From Hormiphora californensis (lineage: Eukaryota > Animalia > Ctenophora), in assembly GCA_020137815.1 (NCBI GenBank), contig CM035353.1:6572001-6636000 (forward strand): 64,000 bases of DNA, written 5' to 3'. The position numbers and the translations under genes are program-made. The notes below the pieces were generated by a model. It was not told the origin of the DNA, made no database searches, and saw only the letters and a program-made list of their open reading frames with translations. Position 1 is the stretch's first letter. Every line of letters begins with the position of its first letter. Below, piece by piece: positions 12,801 to 24,927 of this stretch.

Positions 12801-14390
12801 ACACCAAAATTTGTATCTCCACACTACTCACAACCAGAGACAGTCCGCACGTACCAACATAAAGAAAATAAAGTGCAGAGCACATCCAACTAGAGCAACA
12901 AATGATCTACTCTAGCGGATACTTCTTTTATGCCCTGTCGCAGCTCTTATACTAGGTACTTGCTATCTTTGCGACTTATAGCGATGAGTTTCTACTCTAT
13001 CTCGTGTAATTCATGATGTCGTTTCTGATCTGACACTATAATACTCAGTTCACATATATATTCACCCATCATAAATAGTTTTTCCTCTTGTTACTAATAA
13101 TCACACTCTAACTATCTTAATTTATATAATTAATATTTACATTTTATACCATTGCTGATTATATTATACTTCATTACTCTTCTCCTCCTATTTTAAATCA
13201 GTGCCCCAATTCTAACGTATCTCACTCCGAACGCGATTCGAAATGATTTTATTACTTTCTCCATTTATTCTATCTGGAACTGTCCACATCAAATACCACT
13301 GATGCGACTCAAAACCAGTCCATCACCAAGTCTCGTGTTGATCCTATTACCTTGTTACCTCTCACTCAGCACACTACCATACTCATCACACACGTCCATA
13401 CTCAGCACCATGAGACAGGGAGAAGTTCACGAGTGCACCTGAGAACACAGAGGAACTCGCAACACGCCATGAGGCCCTCATGTACTCTTCTATGTGTAAC
13501 AAACGACTGCAACCAAACATGCATCAAAAACCAAGCGATCACCACGCAAGGCCATCATGACATATATCAGCATATTGCCACGACGTCTTTGTGACCCAAC
13601 AAAACTAAACAGAGGATACCAAGATTATCATTGGAAAGGATAGGAGCTATAAAAGGAGCTGGTCTAGTTTATAGAAAACCGAAACAGTAGTACATCATTT
13701 CTGAAGACGAGGTATGCAACTATGTTATCATTTGAAATAGTGTCGCTATGCGTAGGACCCTAAAAAACACTCGAGGCATCTTTTGAAATACATCCACACG
13801 CTCACCTGTTTCGAGTAATTATTTCTAAATTGAGAGGGACAGCAACAGAATTGTAAAAGCTTGATTGAGGTAATAGAGCATAACTTTCTGAGTACAAACA
13901 CATAAATTGTTATATATTTCAAATGTCCAGAGAATAGTTTTTTAAATTTTCATAACTTTCTACCGAGAAGATCTCTCCAAAACATAAACAGCATTAATAT
14001 ACCCACATGCATTGGTGGATTTTATGGTTACAGATCACATATGGTTAGGAGTCTGCTGCGCCCAATGTATGTCACTGTTTTGTGCATCCTAGGTCCAGCT
14101 AAAACAGAACGTGTTAGGAGCAGGTGCCATTCGCAAAATCATTATTTCATACGGTAGGATCTGAGTCAGAGTTGGTGAGCAGTACAGCTGGGTAAGTAAA
14201 CTGAAATTACACCAGAGTAGTGTATAAAGAATTACGGTACGAGTGGGGGGAAACAGTCGTGCCTGAATCTCTGGTTAGAATCGCAGGGCTCGGTGACCGG
14301 CACTGACACACACACATACACATACACATACACACACAGCCTGATCAAATATTTTCTCACAACACCTCTAAAGAATGTCATTGGTAGAAC

Positions 14391-15756
14391 TTAATAAGAA
14401 GTAATTATCAGTACGCGTGGTAGGAACTGGATCTCATTTCGTAAAAGCAACTGATGTTCACCAACCCGGCCCCTTCTGGAGCAGTTATCGAAACAGCATT
14501 GAAGAAAACCTCGTCGAAAGAATAGCTTATCCCAACTGATTAGGATCGGATTTGTCAGAATGGAAATGTAGAATGGAATCGCAACAAGAAAGTATACTTT
14601 AAATTCAAAGGGATTTTTTCCTTTCATGATATTGATATAAACAATATGATATATGCTATAGGGTAGCCAAGTAGCCACGGCCACTCCAATAACAGCAAGG
14701 GCCTTCTTTAGATTAGAAGAAAAGGCACTTTCACTATAGTTTCGAATACGGGTCAGAGTGACCGACCAAAACACTACGTGAAGCAGAAGGGGCAGGGCGT
14801 TAAAAAACAACATATTGAAAATGTCGAGTGTGTATACAAATTTAGACGACGTATCCGCGTTGCCAATGCCAACCCAACACCGCCCTTTTTCCTCATCAAA
14901 TTCCATCTTGAACCAATCCTCACTAACTGCCACCGATAGAAAAATTATCTCTACAATGGGTAGAAGCCAACAAATTCCCACTGCCAGACTCACACCTGGG
15001 AGGACTTTTGGACAGTTAAGACTATTCAGCATCCACAACAGAGATACCGGCACTATGCCGAGGACATTGAGATCACATATAAACCAGCTTGAGATCAGGG
15101 AGAGAGCCTGGCACTGGAGTGGAGATTCGTGGGTATAATTGTAGATACTTTCCGGCCATATCATCCCTGGTCCTCTGATAAAAAGAGCCGATATTGACTG
15201 TAGCAGATCTATAAAACTCATGTTAATCACCGCACATCGGATAGAGGGGGATGCTTCAACCATGCTGGCTTCAGTCCAGTTCCAGATGTAGCAGATGCTG
15301 TTAGAGTTCAATAGAATCCCAAATAAACCTGATGGAGAACGAAGTATTGTATGTGTGAGATTCAGAAAAAATGTGCCCGCATGAAATTTTCCTAGTCTGT
15401 CGATTAGTATAGTGTCACTAATTGTATTGTGTAGTGGAGAAATGGTTTTCAAAAACCGTGCGCAGACGCACACTTTACCTAGCACGCGGATAATAAACAG
15501 CCTAATCTAGCGGGAAAAGTGTGCTTTAGTACCAGCGACCGTGTAAAAACGAGCATGATTCGGAGGCGATTAATTCATCGTGCGAAACTGAAAGACAGAT
15601 TGTGTAGCAAAACATGGCATATAATATCTCTACAATACCATTACCTGCAACCATGATGATGATTCCACATGCCAACATCCAGTCATCATTACTGTTACCC
15701 AGTCCAACATCCCAAGGATGGTCCCTGATTTCGCCTAACTCTGATGATGGATCCAT
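14391..15756 (-). CDS. Class A (rhodopsin-like) 7TM GPCR; exon 1 15756-15645, exon 2 15328-14391
   Basis: Joining GCAG|gtaatg to ttctccatcag|GTTTA builds TM1 (WMLACGIIIMVAGLFGILLNS). Further motifs: TM2 NMSFIDLL, TM3 Cys, TM4 W..P, TM6 ATWLPY, TM7 LTNPIL. The 3' end may be spliced further. Confidence 0.8.
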
Positions 15757-16019
15757 AATAGTGTCCCTAGAAAAACACACATTATATTATCAAAATTATG
15801 GCCAAACCCCTCACTGAAGCCCCCAGTTATAGAGCCCTACGATGAATAGAAGCCATAACAGTATTCTTGATATTGACAATGGGCTGTCTGGCGCCACATA
15901 CCCCATCTGTCGCACGCTCAGATTAGGGTTAATTTGATAATCGAACCGTGGTCTGGCGCCGCCAGACAGCCAATAGGGAGCTGCAGCAAGCGATACCCCA
16001 ATCAGATCAACACTAACAG

Positions 16020-17207
<1,188 letters not shown>

Positions 17208-17594
17208 GTCAGCTGATCACGACACAAGTCACAGAAGTAACAAAAGTAAGTAAAAAGTGTAGTAAAATGTTACGTGATAACAAGCATTTTATCCTCACAT
17301 TACCGTGACGTTGGGTGGAATCAGGTTTCAGGTGAGACACTGAAGCATTGGTAACAAAATTACCTCAGCTGTTATAGTTAGTGATGGTGCGTCAGGGCAC
17401 CTATAAAAATCTCATATTTCTCTCGTGAGAACTGTGATTAGAGCATTGGCCTGACAGTTCCAGGACCTGTGCCATTTTGCGGTTTAGCGGTTAGTGCTCC
17501 ACTTACACCATTTTGTTATTTTCCTGCGATTTCGCTGTAACAAGTGATTGTGAATTTTTTTATACATGCCGTGTTAGGAATTCCATAGCGAGTC

Positions 17595-20500
17595 ATGCCA
17601 ATTGAGAAGTTTTTGATACTATTGGATGCCTGCCCAGCCAATTTTCTACGCTGGTCAGAATGTTTCCGGTAAAGTCAGGCTTGAATTGAAGGATTCTCTA
17701 GACTTTCGAGCTATCGAGCTTAAGCTAAAAGGTTATGCAGATGTAAGTTTAGCATAAAAATGTAAGTTTAAAATACCTTGTTAATTGACAAAATTATTAT
17801 TAGTTTGTTCTATAGGTATCTTGGACAGAAAGAAAAAGAAGGGGTGATAACTGATAAAGCAGAGTGGGTGACCTATAAGGGTCATGAAAAGTACCTAGAC
17901 GTTTCACAAAATTTATTTGGTGATGCCATCACTGATGGAGAGAAAACATCCCTCGTTCAAGGCGACCATGAATTTCCATTCTCCATAACACTTCCACCGA
18001 ATCTACCATCAACTTTTGTCGGACAGCATGGTATGTGACTTCCGGGCTCCCTTGAGGCTGTGGCAGTGGATTACGGATCCCTACAGATAGAACTGCCGGG
18101 GAGTAGAGCTATAGCTTCCTATAGGAAGGTGTCAATACGCCAAACTAGAAGTACTACCTATGTGGTCCCCTATATTATTATAATGGTCCTGGCCTAGGTA
18201 GCTCTTCTTCACACTGTTAACCTCACAGGAAAAGTGATATACAAGCTCTCCGCTAAAATTGATCGTCCACGGAAGACAAACGAGCATACCAAAATGTATC
18301 TAAGGGCGCGATCACACCAAGATCTTCGAAACAATTGCTTCGAAGAACCAAGTTGAATAACACACAGATCTTTTTTTTGGTGCGGCTAAGAACTTTGTTT
18401 TATGAATAAAGCCTATTTTAAAACAAACTTTTTTAAAAATTTGTGCTGGCAATTAATGAATTTATCAAGAAGGACTATTTTAAACTTCCGGTTAAAAAGT
18501 TAAAAACCCTTGTCAGGCAAAATTACGTCAAAGATTATGAATTTTAAACTTCAACAAAGGCTCAAGTTTGATATTCATTTTCCAAAATTAAAACAAGTTT
18601 AATTTGATTATTTAATTTTATTGGAAAATCAAAATCGTGATGATCGGAACACAAATTCACAAATTTTTTTTAAATTAAATTGGAAATTAAATTTAAGTTG
18701 CATTGCAATCTTTCTATATGCATGAACTACATTACTACAAAATTTTAGGTCGTTATTTATAGCAGAACAGAAAATATACCATTTTTAGTTGCCTTGTTCA
18801 GGAAATGTGCAGGGGGTCGAAATCAGCGGTGCAGGGGAAAGATGGTGCAGGGGCAAAATTTTAATTACTTATAATTAATTAGTTAAATTAAAAATAAGAA
18901 ATCCAGCCTTTTTATGACTCGTAGTTATACTACTAGAACATGCACACAAAGTTTCATTTCGAAAAAACAAACGGTTTGGCCACAGTTTGAATATCAAAAT
19001 TGCAAAAAATGTGCAGGGGTATTTGCCCCTGTACATTTTCAAAAAAAGTGCAGGGGGCCCTAAAAAAGTCCATTTTTGCATGCCTATAACTAATTAATTA
19101 ATTAATTTTCAATACTCCCACTTTTCGAATATCATTTTTTATGATTGAAGAACATTCCTACAAAGTTTCAAGTCGATATTTCAAGCAGAACGGAAGAAAA
19201 ACCGTGTGCAGGGGCACGCGTGCAGGGGCAAAAAATCAAAATGTACAGGGGCAATGTGCAGGGGCAAATTTTGGCAGCTTATAATTAATTAATTAATTAA
19301 AAAATCAAAAATCCGGCCACGTTATGACACGTAGTTATACTACTAGAACATGCCTACAAAATTTCAGGTCGATATCTCAAACGATGTGGCCGCAATCGCT
19401 GCCTGAAATTTGCCCCCCCCCCCCCCCCCCCCCCCCGAAAATCTTCTATTCTTCTGCTATATAGGGCCGTCACTTTTTGGATTTGGTGCAGGGGCAAAAA
19501 TTTTTTTTTTCGTTTTTTCTGTTTTCTTCGGGTCGGAGGTGCCTGCCGGCACCTAAATAGGGCCGGCTTTTTGGATTTGGTGCAGGGGCAAAAATTTTTT
19601 TTCTTTCGTTTTTTCTGTTTTCTTCGGGTCGGAGGTGCCTGCCGGCACCTAAATTCCTAGGTAGCTCTTCTTCACACTGTTAACCTCACAGGAAAAGTGA
19701 TATACAAGCTCTCCGCTAAAATTGATCGTTCACGGAAGACAAACGAGCATACCAAAATGTATCTAACCGTTCTTTCAGTTTACGATTTGAATCTTCAACC
19801 CGGTAAGAGCTTTTAGATCTTGGGCAAACGTTAATTTGACGCAATTCCAACGCCGTATATTAGCTTGGCCACATTGATGCCTGAGTGAGATCGAGGTCGC
19901 GCAGCGACCGAGATCGATCTCACATCTAGGCCTCCGGCCCGTTATTGATTTTAGAGCAAACTTTTTCAAAGACCTGGCTGCAAGGAACTACTGAACCGAT
20001 TTACATCTCGTTTGTTGCTCCTGGCAGGTAATTGTCTCTAGTTTTACGGAAAATACCCGCGAGTATCAGCATTTGAGGAATAGTGGGTCAAAATTGACTC
20101 TAAACATGGGCAATTCTTTAAAGACCTGGCTGCAAGCTCCTACTCGGTCCTGGGACAATCTGCGGGTACTGGGAGAATCGTCATGGCCCTGTGAGCATGG
20201 GAAAATACCCGCCGATTCATCACGATGCGAAATGAGGCGGTAATTGACGTTTGAGTAGTGCTAGGTCAGCTAAAAAGGTCTCCCAAAACAGTCTGTCGCG
20301 CGGGATTTGCTGAAAAACGTGCTTTACATCGCGCGCACGTGAGTTCTTGCTGTCCACGGGCCGGGAGCCTATTCTTCGCGGAGCGAGAATAGGTTGCATT
20401 GGAGCCAATATATTAGCCCGGTGCGAAGAGGACGGTCTTATATGAGACAATCATGTCTTAAGCGCTCATGGTACCGCCAGATAGGAGATGTTCAATATAA

Positions 20501-21175
20501 TATTGGAAGTTATTTTGAAAGCTACCATGGCAACACACGTGATTCTACTATTATTTTCAGGTGCTGTAACGCCAATTGCGAACCAAGGAACGAAAACTTT
20601 TGGATGCTGCTGTTGCAAAACTGGTCCCCTGAACGCCTCACTCTCCCTCCCAAAAACTGGTTATGTGTGTGGGGAGACTATCTTCTTCACCGCTGAGATT
20701 GAGAATCTCTCCCGCAAAGCGATCCTCCCGAGCGGTGAAACAAGAAAACCGAATGATCGTCTCACACACACAACCCAGAATTGAACCCGGTGCAACCTTT
20801 ACTTGGAACAACGTTACCTTACAAATCCCCCCTATCTCTCCCTCGGACCTTATCAACTGTACCATAATCGAATTGAACTACAGAGTGACCCTATCCGTTG
20901 ATCCTTCTGGTGTTGGGTTTGACCTGAATGTCCCGGTTGACATTCTCATCGGTACCATCCCCCTGAAGAACCAGTTCCAGCAGATTGTTGCTGCACCAAC
21001 TGCACCTATCCCATGGGGTGCAGCAGGGGATGAAGCCATGCCCCCACATCCCAGCTACAATGAGGTGATCCATGGTAAAACAGAGATTGGTAAAGATGGT
21101 GACTCTGACGATGAGGGATCAAGTGCTGGTGATAAACTATTTGCCCCGTACTATCCAACCTATACCTTTCAATAA
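17595..21175 (+). pseudogene. Alpha-arrestin (ARRDC/TXNIP family) gene with three frameshifts. Exons at about 17595-17742, 17816-18030, 19692-19801 and 20561-21175
   Basis: Motifs: QPIFYAGQNVSGKV, ADVSWTE, GDHEFPFSITLPPNLPSTFVGQHG, KVIYKLSAKIDR, GCCCCKTGP, TGYVCGETI, PVDILIGTIPL and a PY-like tail. The frame breaks at about 17630, 17851 and 20725. Confidence 0.85.
18304..19655 (+). mobile_element. Non-autonomous repeat (TGCAGGGGCA-motif family) with a hairpin terminus, possibly Helentron/Helitron2-like
   Basis: A related copy lies inverted at 41263-42210. It ends in the hairpin AGGTGCC-TGCC-GGCACCT-AAAT, and the last ~95 bp are tandemly duplicated. Confidence 0.7.
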
Positions 21176-21931
21176 ACTGTTACAGCGCCGCTTGTAGTGG
21201 AGAAACGGTTTTCAATAAACGGTACGGAGACGCGTGCACTAAACTAATAAAGTGTACTTTATATTCACAATCTAGGGCTGTGTTTGATCAACTTGACCGT
21301 CAACTTCAACCTTGCGCGTCTTGTTACGGTATTTCATCCTGTATGGCGGCGCCATACCCCATTTGATTGGATTTCATCCAAAGAGTTTGTCGCGACACCG
21401 TTTTTGTCGAAGAAGCCGTGTCCCAGTTCCGGGTAGAAGATACAAAAACGGTGATTATTTTGGTAAATTAGTTGTATATAAATACATACAGTATGTTAAA
21501 TTTAATGTACGGTCTGAAAATAAGAAAAAGTTCTCAAAACCCAGATGTGATATGATTATTGACTACATAGAATATATCCCAATTACATATAGCATTTATG
21601 GATATCAACATGACCACTCAAAGCTCATTTTTCATGAAAAGAACTGTATGTAAACAGGGTAATAAATAATTTAAAATGGCTTGCACCTCCCCCAAATAAT
21701 CTAAAAGAGAATCCTGACAAATACAGCTCAGTTCACTCAATACTAGTTGCTACGATATTGTTTGGTCATTAATGATTAACTGGATATATGGTGAAAGACA
21801 ATGTTATTACATACACAGTTTCTAATTTTGCAACCCATATGATACTGGAATGTTAGTATTGCAGTGCAACTTGTTGAGTAACAACAAAGTGCAACTACAT
21901 TTGGCAATAGTGTCCAAAGTGTTCAACGATT

Positions 21932-24505
21932 CTACACAATATCTCCTCCATACCACTCCCGGCTGGTAAAAAGGGCGGAACAACCCCCACCATCATGGTC
22001 AGAATGAACCTTTGAATCTGGAATCTCTTCAGATGACATGTCACTGCAGGAGGAGGAGATGGAGGATACAATAGCTTTCAACTCGGGTTTCTCATCACCC
22101 TCATGACAATAGTTGCGGAGGCGGTTATAAGCACAGTGGGCGGAGATTCTGCTTTCACTGTCGTAGTCCATCAACTCCGAAACCAGGGCCTTCACCACCG
22201 ACATGATCTGAGGGCAGAGAGTTTAGATGTGGAATAGAAGAGGGGATTGCAAAACATAGAATAGGGATTGATATACTTTCTCTTTCTCTTTCTTTTTCTC
22301 TCTTTTACCTGACTGTAATGTGGAAGGCTCCCAGGAAGTTGTGGTGAAACATGCCTGACCACAACTAGATCTACCAAATCTCGTTGTGTGAAGTCACTGG
22401 GAAGATCATACTGGAACACGTGGGTATACCGACCTGAATGGAGGGTGACATGTTGTGGGTATACCGACCTGAATGGAGGGTGTCATGTTGTGGGTATACC
22501 GACCTGAATGGAGGGTGTCATGTTGTGGGTATACCGACCTGAATGGAGGGTGTCATGTTGTGGGTATACCGACCTGAATGGAGGGTGTCATGTTGTGGGT
22601 ATACCGACCTGAATGGAGGGTGTCATGTTGTGGGTATACCGACCTGAATGGAGGGTGTCATGTTGTGGGTATACCGACCTGAATGGAGGGTGTCATGTTG
22701 TGGGTATACCGACCTGAATGGAGGGTGTCATGTTGTGGGTATACCGACCTGAATGGAGGGTGTCATGTTGTGGGTATACCGACCTGAATGGAGGGTGTCA
22801 TGTTGTGGGTATACCGACCTGAATGGAGGGTGTCATGTTGTGGGTATACCGACCTGAATGGAGGGTGTCATGTTGTGGGTATACCGACCTGAATGGAGGG
22901 TGTCATGTTGTGGGTATACCGACCTGAATGGAGGGTGTCATGTTGTGGGTATACCGACCTGAATGGAGGGTGTCATGTTGTGGGTATACCGACCTGAATG
23001 GAGGGTGTCATGTTGTGGGTATACCGACCTGAATGGAGGGTGTCATGTTGTGGGTATACCGACCTGAATGGAGGGTGTCATGTTGTGGGTATACCGACCT
23101 GAATGGAGGGTGTCATGTTGTGGGTATACCGACCTGAATGGAGGGTGTCATGTTGTGGGTATACCGACCTGAATGGAGGGTGTCATGTTGTGGGTATACC
23201 GACCTGAATGGAGGGTGTCATGTTGTGGGTATACCGACCTGAATGGAGGGTGTCATGTTGTGGGTATACCGACCTGAATGGAGGGTGTCATGTTGTGGGT
23301 ATACCGACCTGAATGGAGGGTGTCATGTTGTGGGTATACCGACCTGAATGGAGGGTGTCATGTTGTGGGTATACCGACCTGAATGGAGGGTGTCATGTTG
23401 TGGGTATACCGACCTGAATGGAGGGTGTCATGTTGTGGGTATACCGACCTGAATGGAGGGTGTCATGTTGTGGGTATACCGACCTGAATGGAGGGTGTCA
23501 TGTTGTGGGTATACCGACCTGAATGGAGGGTGTCATGTTGTGGGTATACCGACCTGAATGGAGGGTGTCATGTTGTGGGTATACCGACCTGAATGGAGGG
23601 TGTCATGTTGTGGGTATACCGACCTGAATGGAGGGTGTCATGTTGTGGGTATACCGACCTGAATGGAGGGTGTCATGCTGTACCTGTCAAGTGGGTAGCA
23701 GCTACCTCCCATAGTACAGCTCCTGTACTGTACAGATCACAGTTTAGTAGGGCAGTAGGGGTGAACAGGTCCACGGTACAGTCCAGGAGTTCAGGTGACA
23801 TGTAGAGGGACGTTCCAACCTGCAGGATAAAATATCAATAGTACCTCAACTACAACGTATGGGGGTAGTGGGGAAACAATGTCACAAGATTTCCATAGAA
23901 ACTTATTGAACCTGTCAGAAAATGGGTTAAATCATGAGACAGGATCAGCGATCTGCAGCACCTCCCCCAGACATGATGAAAAAGATAGTGGCATCCCTTC
24001 ATAGTGATCATGTACCTCTCTCTAATCATGTACCTCTCTCTTGCAATACACTGTCACAAGATGCTTCTGCAGACTACCCTCGACAGTGTTTTCAAAGTAG
24101 CGTACATAAAATACATGTACAGTGATGCAGCACGGATCGTTATTTTATATTCACCTGTCGAATGGTGTTGGAATCAAAGCTCCTCACATCCAGAGTTAGA
24201 TCAAAATCACCCAGAACACATCGCCCCTCCAGGTCAACCAGGAAGTTACCTGTCTTCACATCTCTGTGTGCCAAACTGAAACATTTATACATCTTTAGCT
24301 GAAACATTTCTATCTTAAGTCTGAAGTTGAGGGATAAACATATTCTTCTTTATATTAGGGGAATGAAAAAGAGCTGTTTATGATTTCCGCACCGTGTTTG
24401 TTAGTTATACCTGAGTCCTGACTCCTGACCAGAAAGCACATCGAATCCGTGGATATAGGAAATTGCAGTGAGAATATCTTTAGCCAGCCGCAAAACAACT
24501 CTGTC

Positions 24506-24604
<99 letters not shown>

Positions 24605-24851
24605 AGAGAGAGATCAGAGAGGGTTACGGATTACGGGCCCCCGAACGGTACATAAGATGGGGGAGAGGTTTGGGGGGGGGGGGGGGGGTTGGGTATTTGG
24701 AAGATGGGAGAAAAAGAAAAATAGTGGTTGACGGGAGAAAGTAAAAAATTGTTTGAAGTCGACTAAACGAAAATGAAACAAACTTCGCCTTACCATGGCT
24801 TCCTTACGGGTCAAAATACAAATTCAGGAACTCTCCATCTTTAACCCTATT

Positions 24852-24927
<76 letters not shown>

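Noticed and set aside
10393-13600. Short ORFs and possible exons in the 10-13.6 kb region
   Set aside because: I found no recognisable domain or consistent splice model by eye.
22420-23683. CRISPR array
   Set aside because: The units are contiguous with no unique spacers, there are no cas genes, and the context is a eukaryotic intron.
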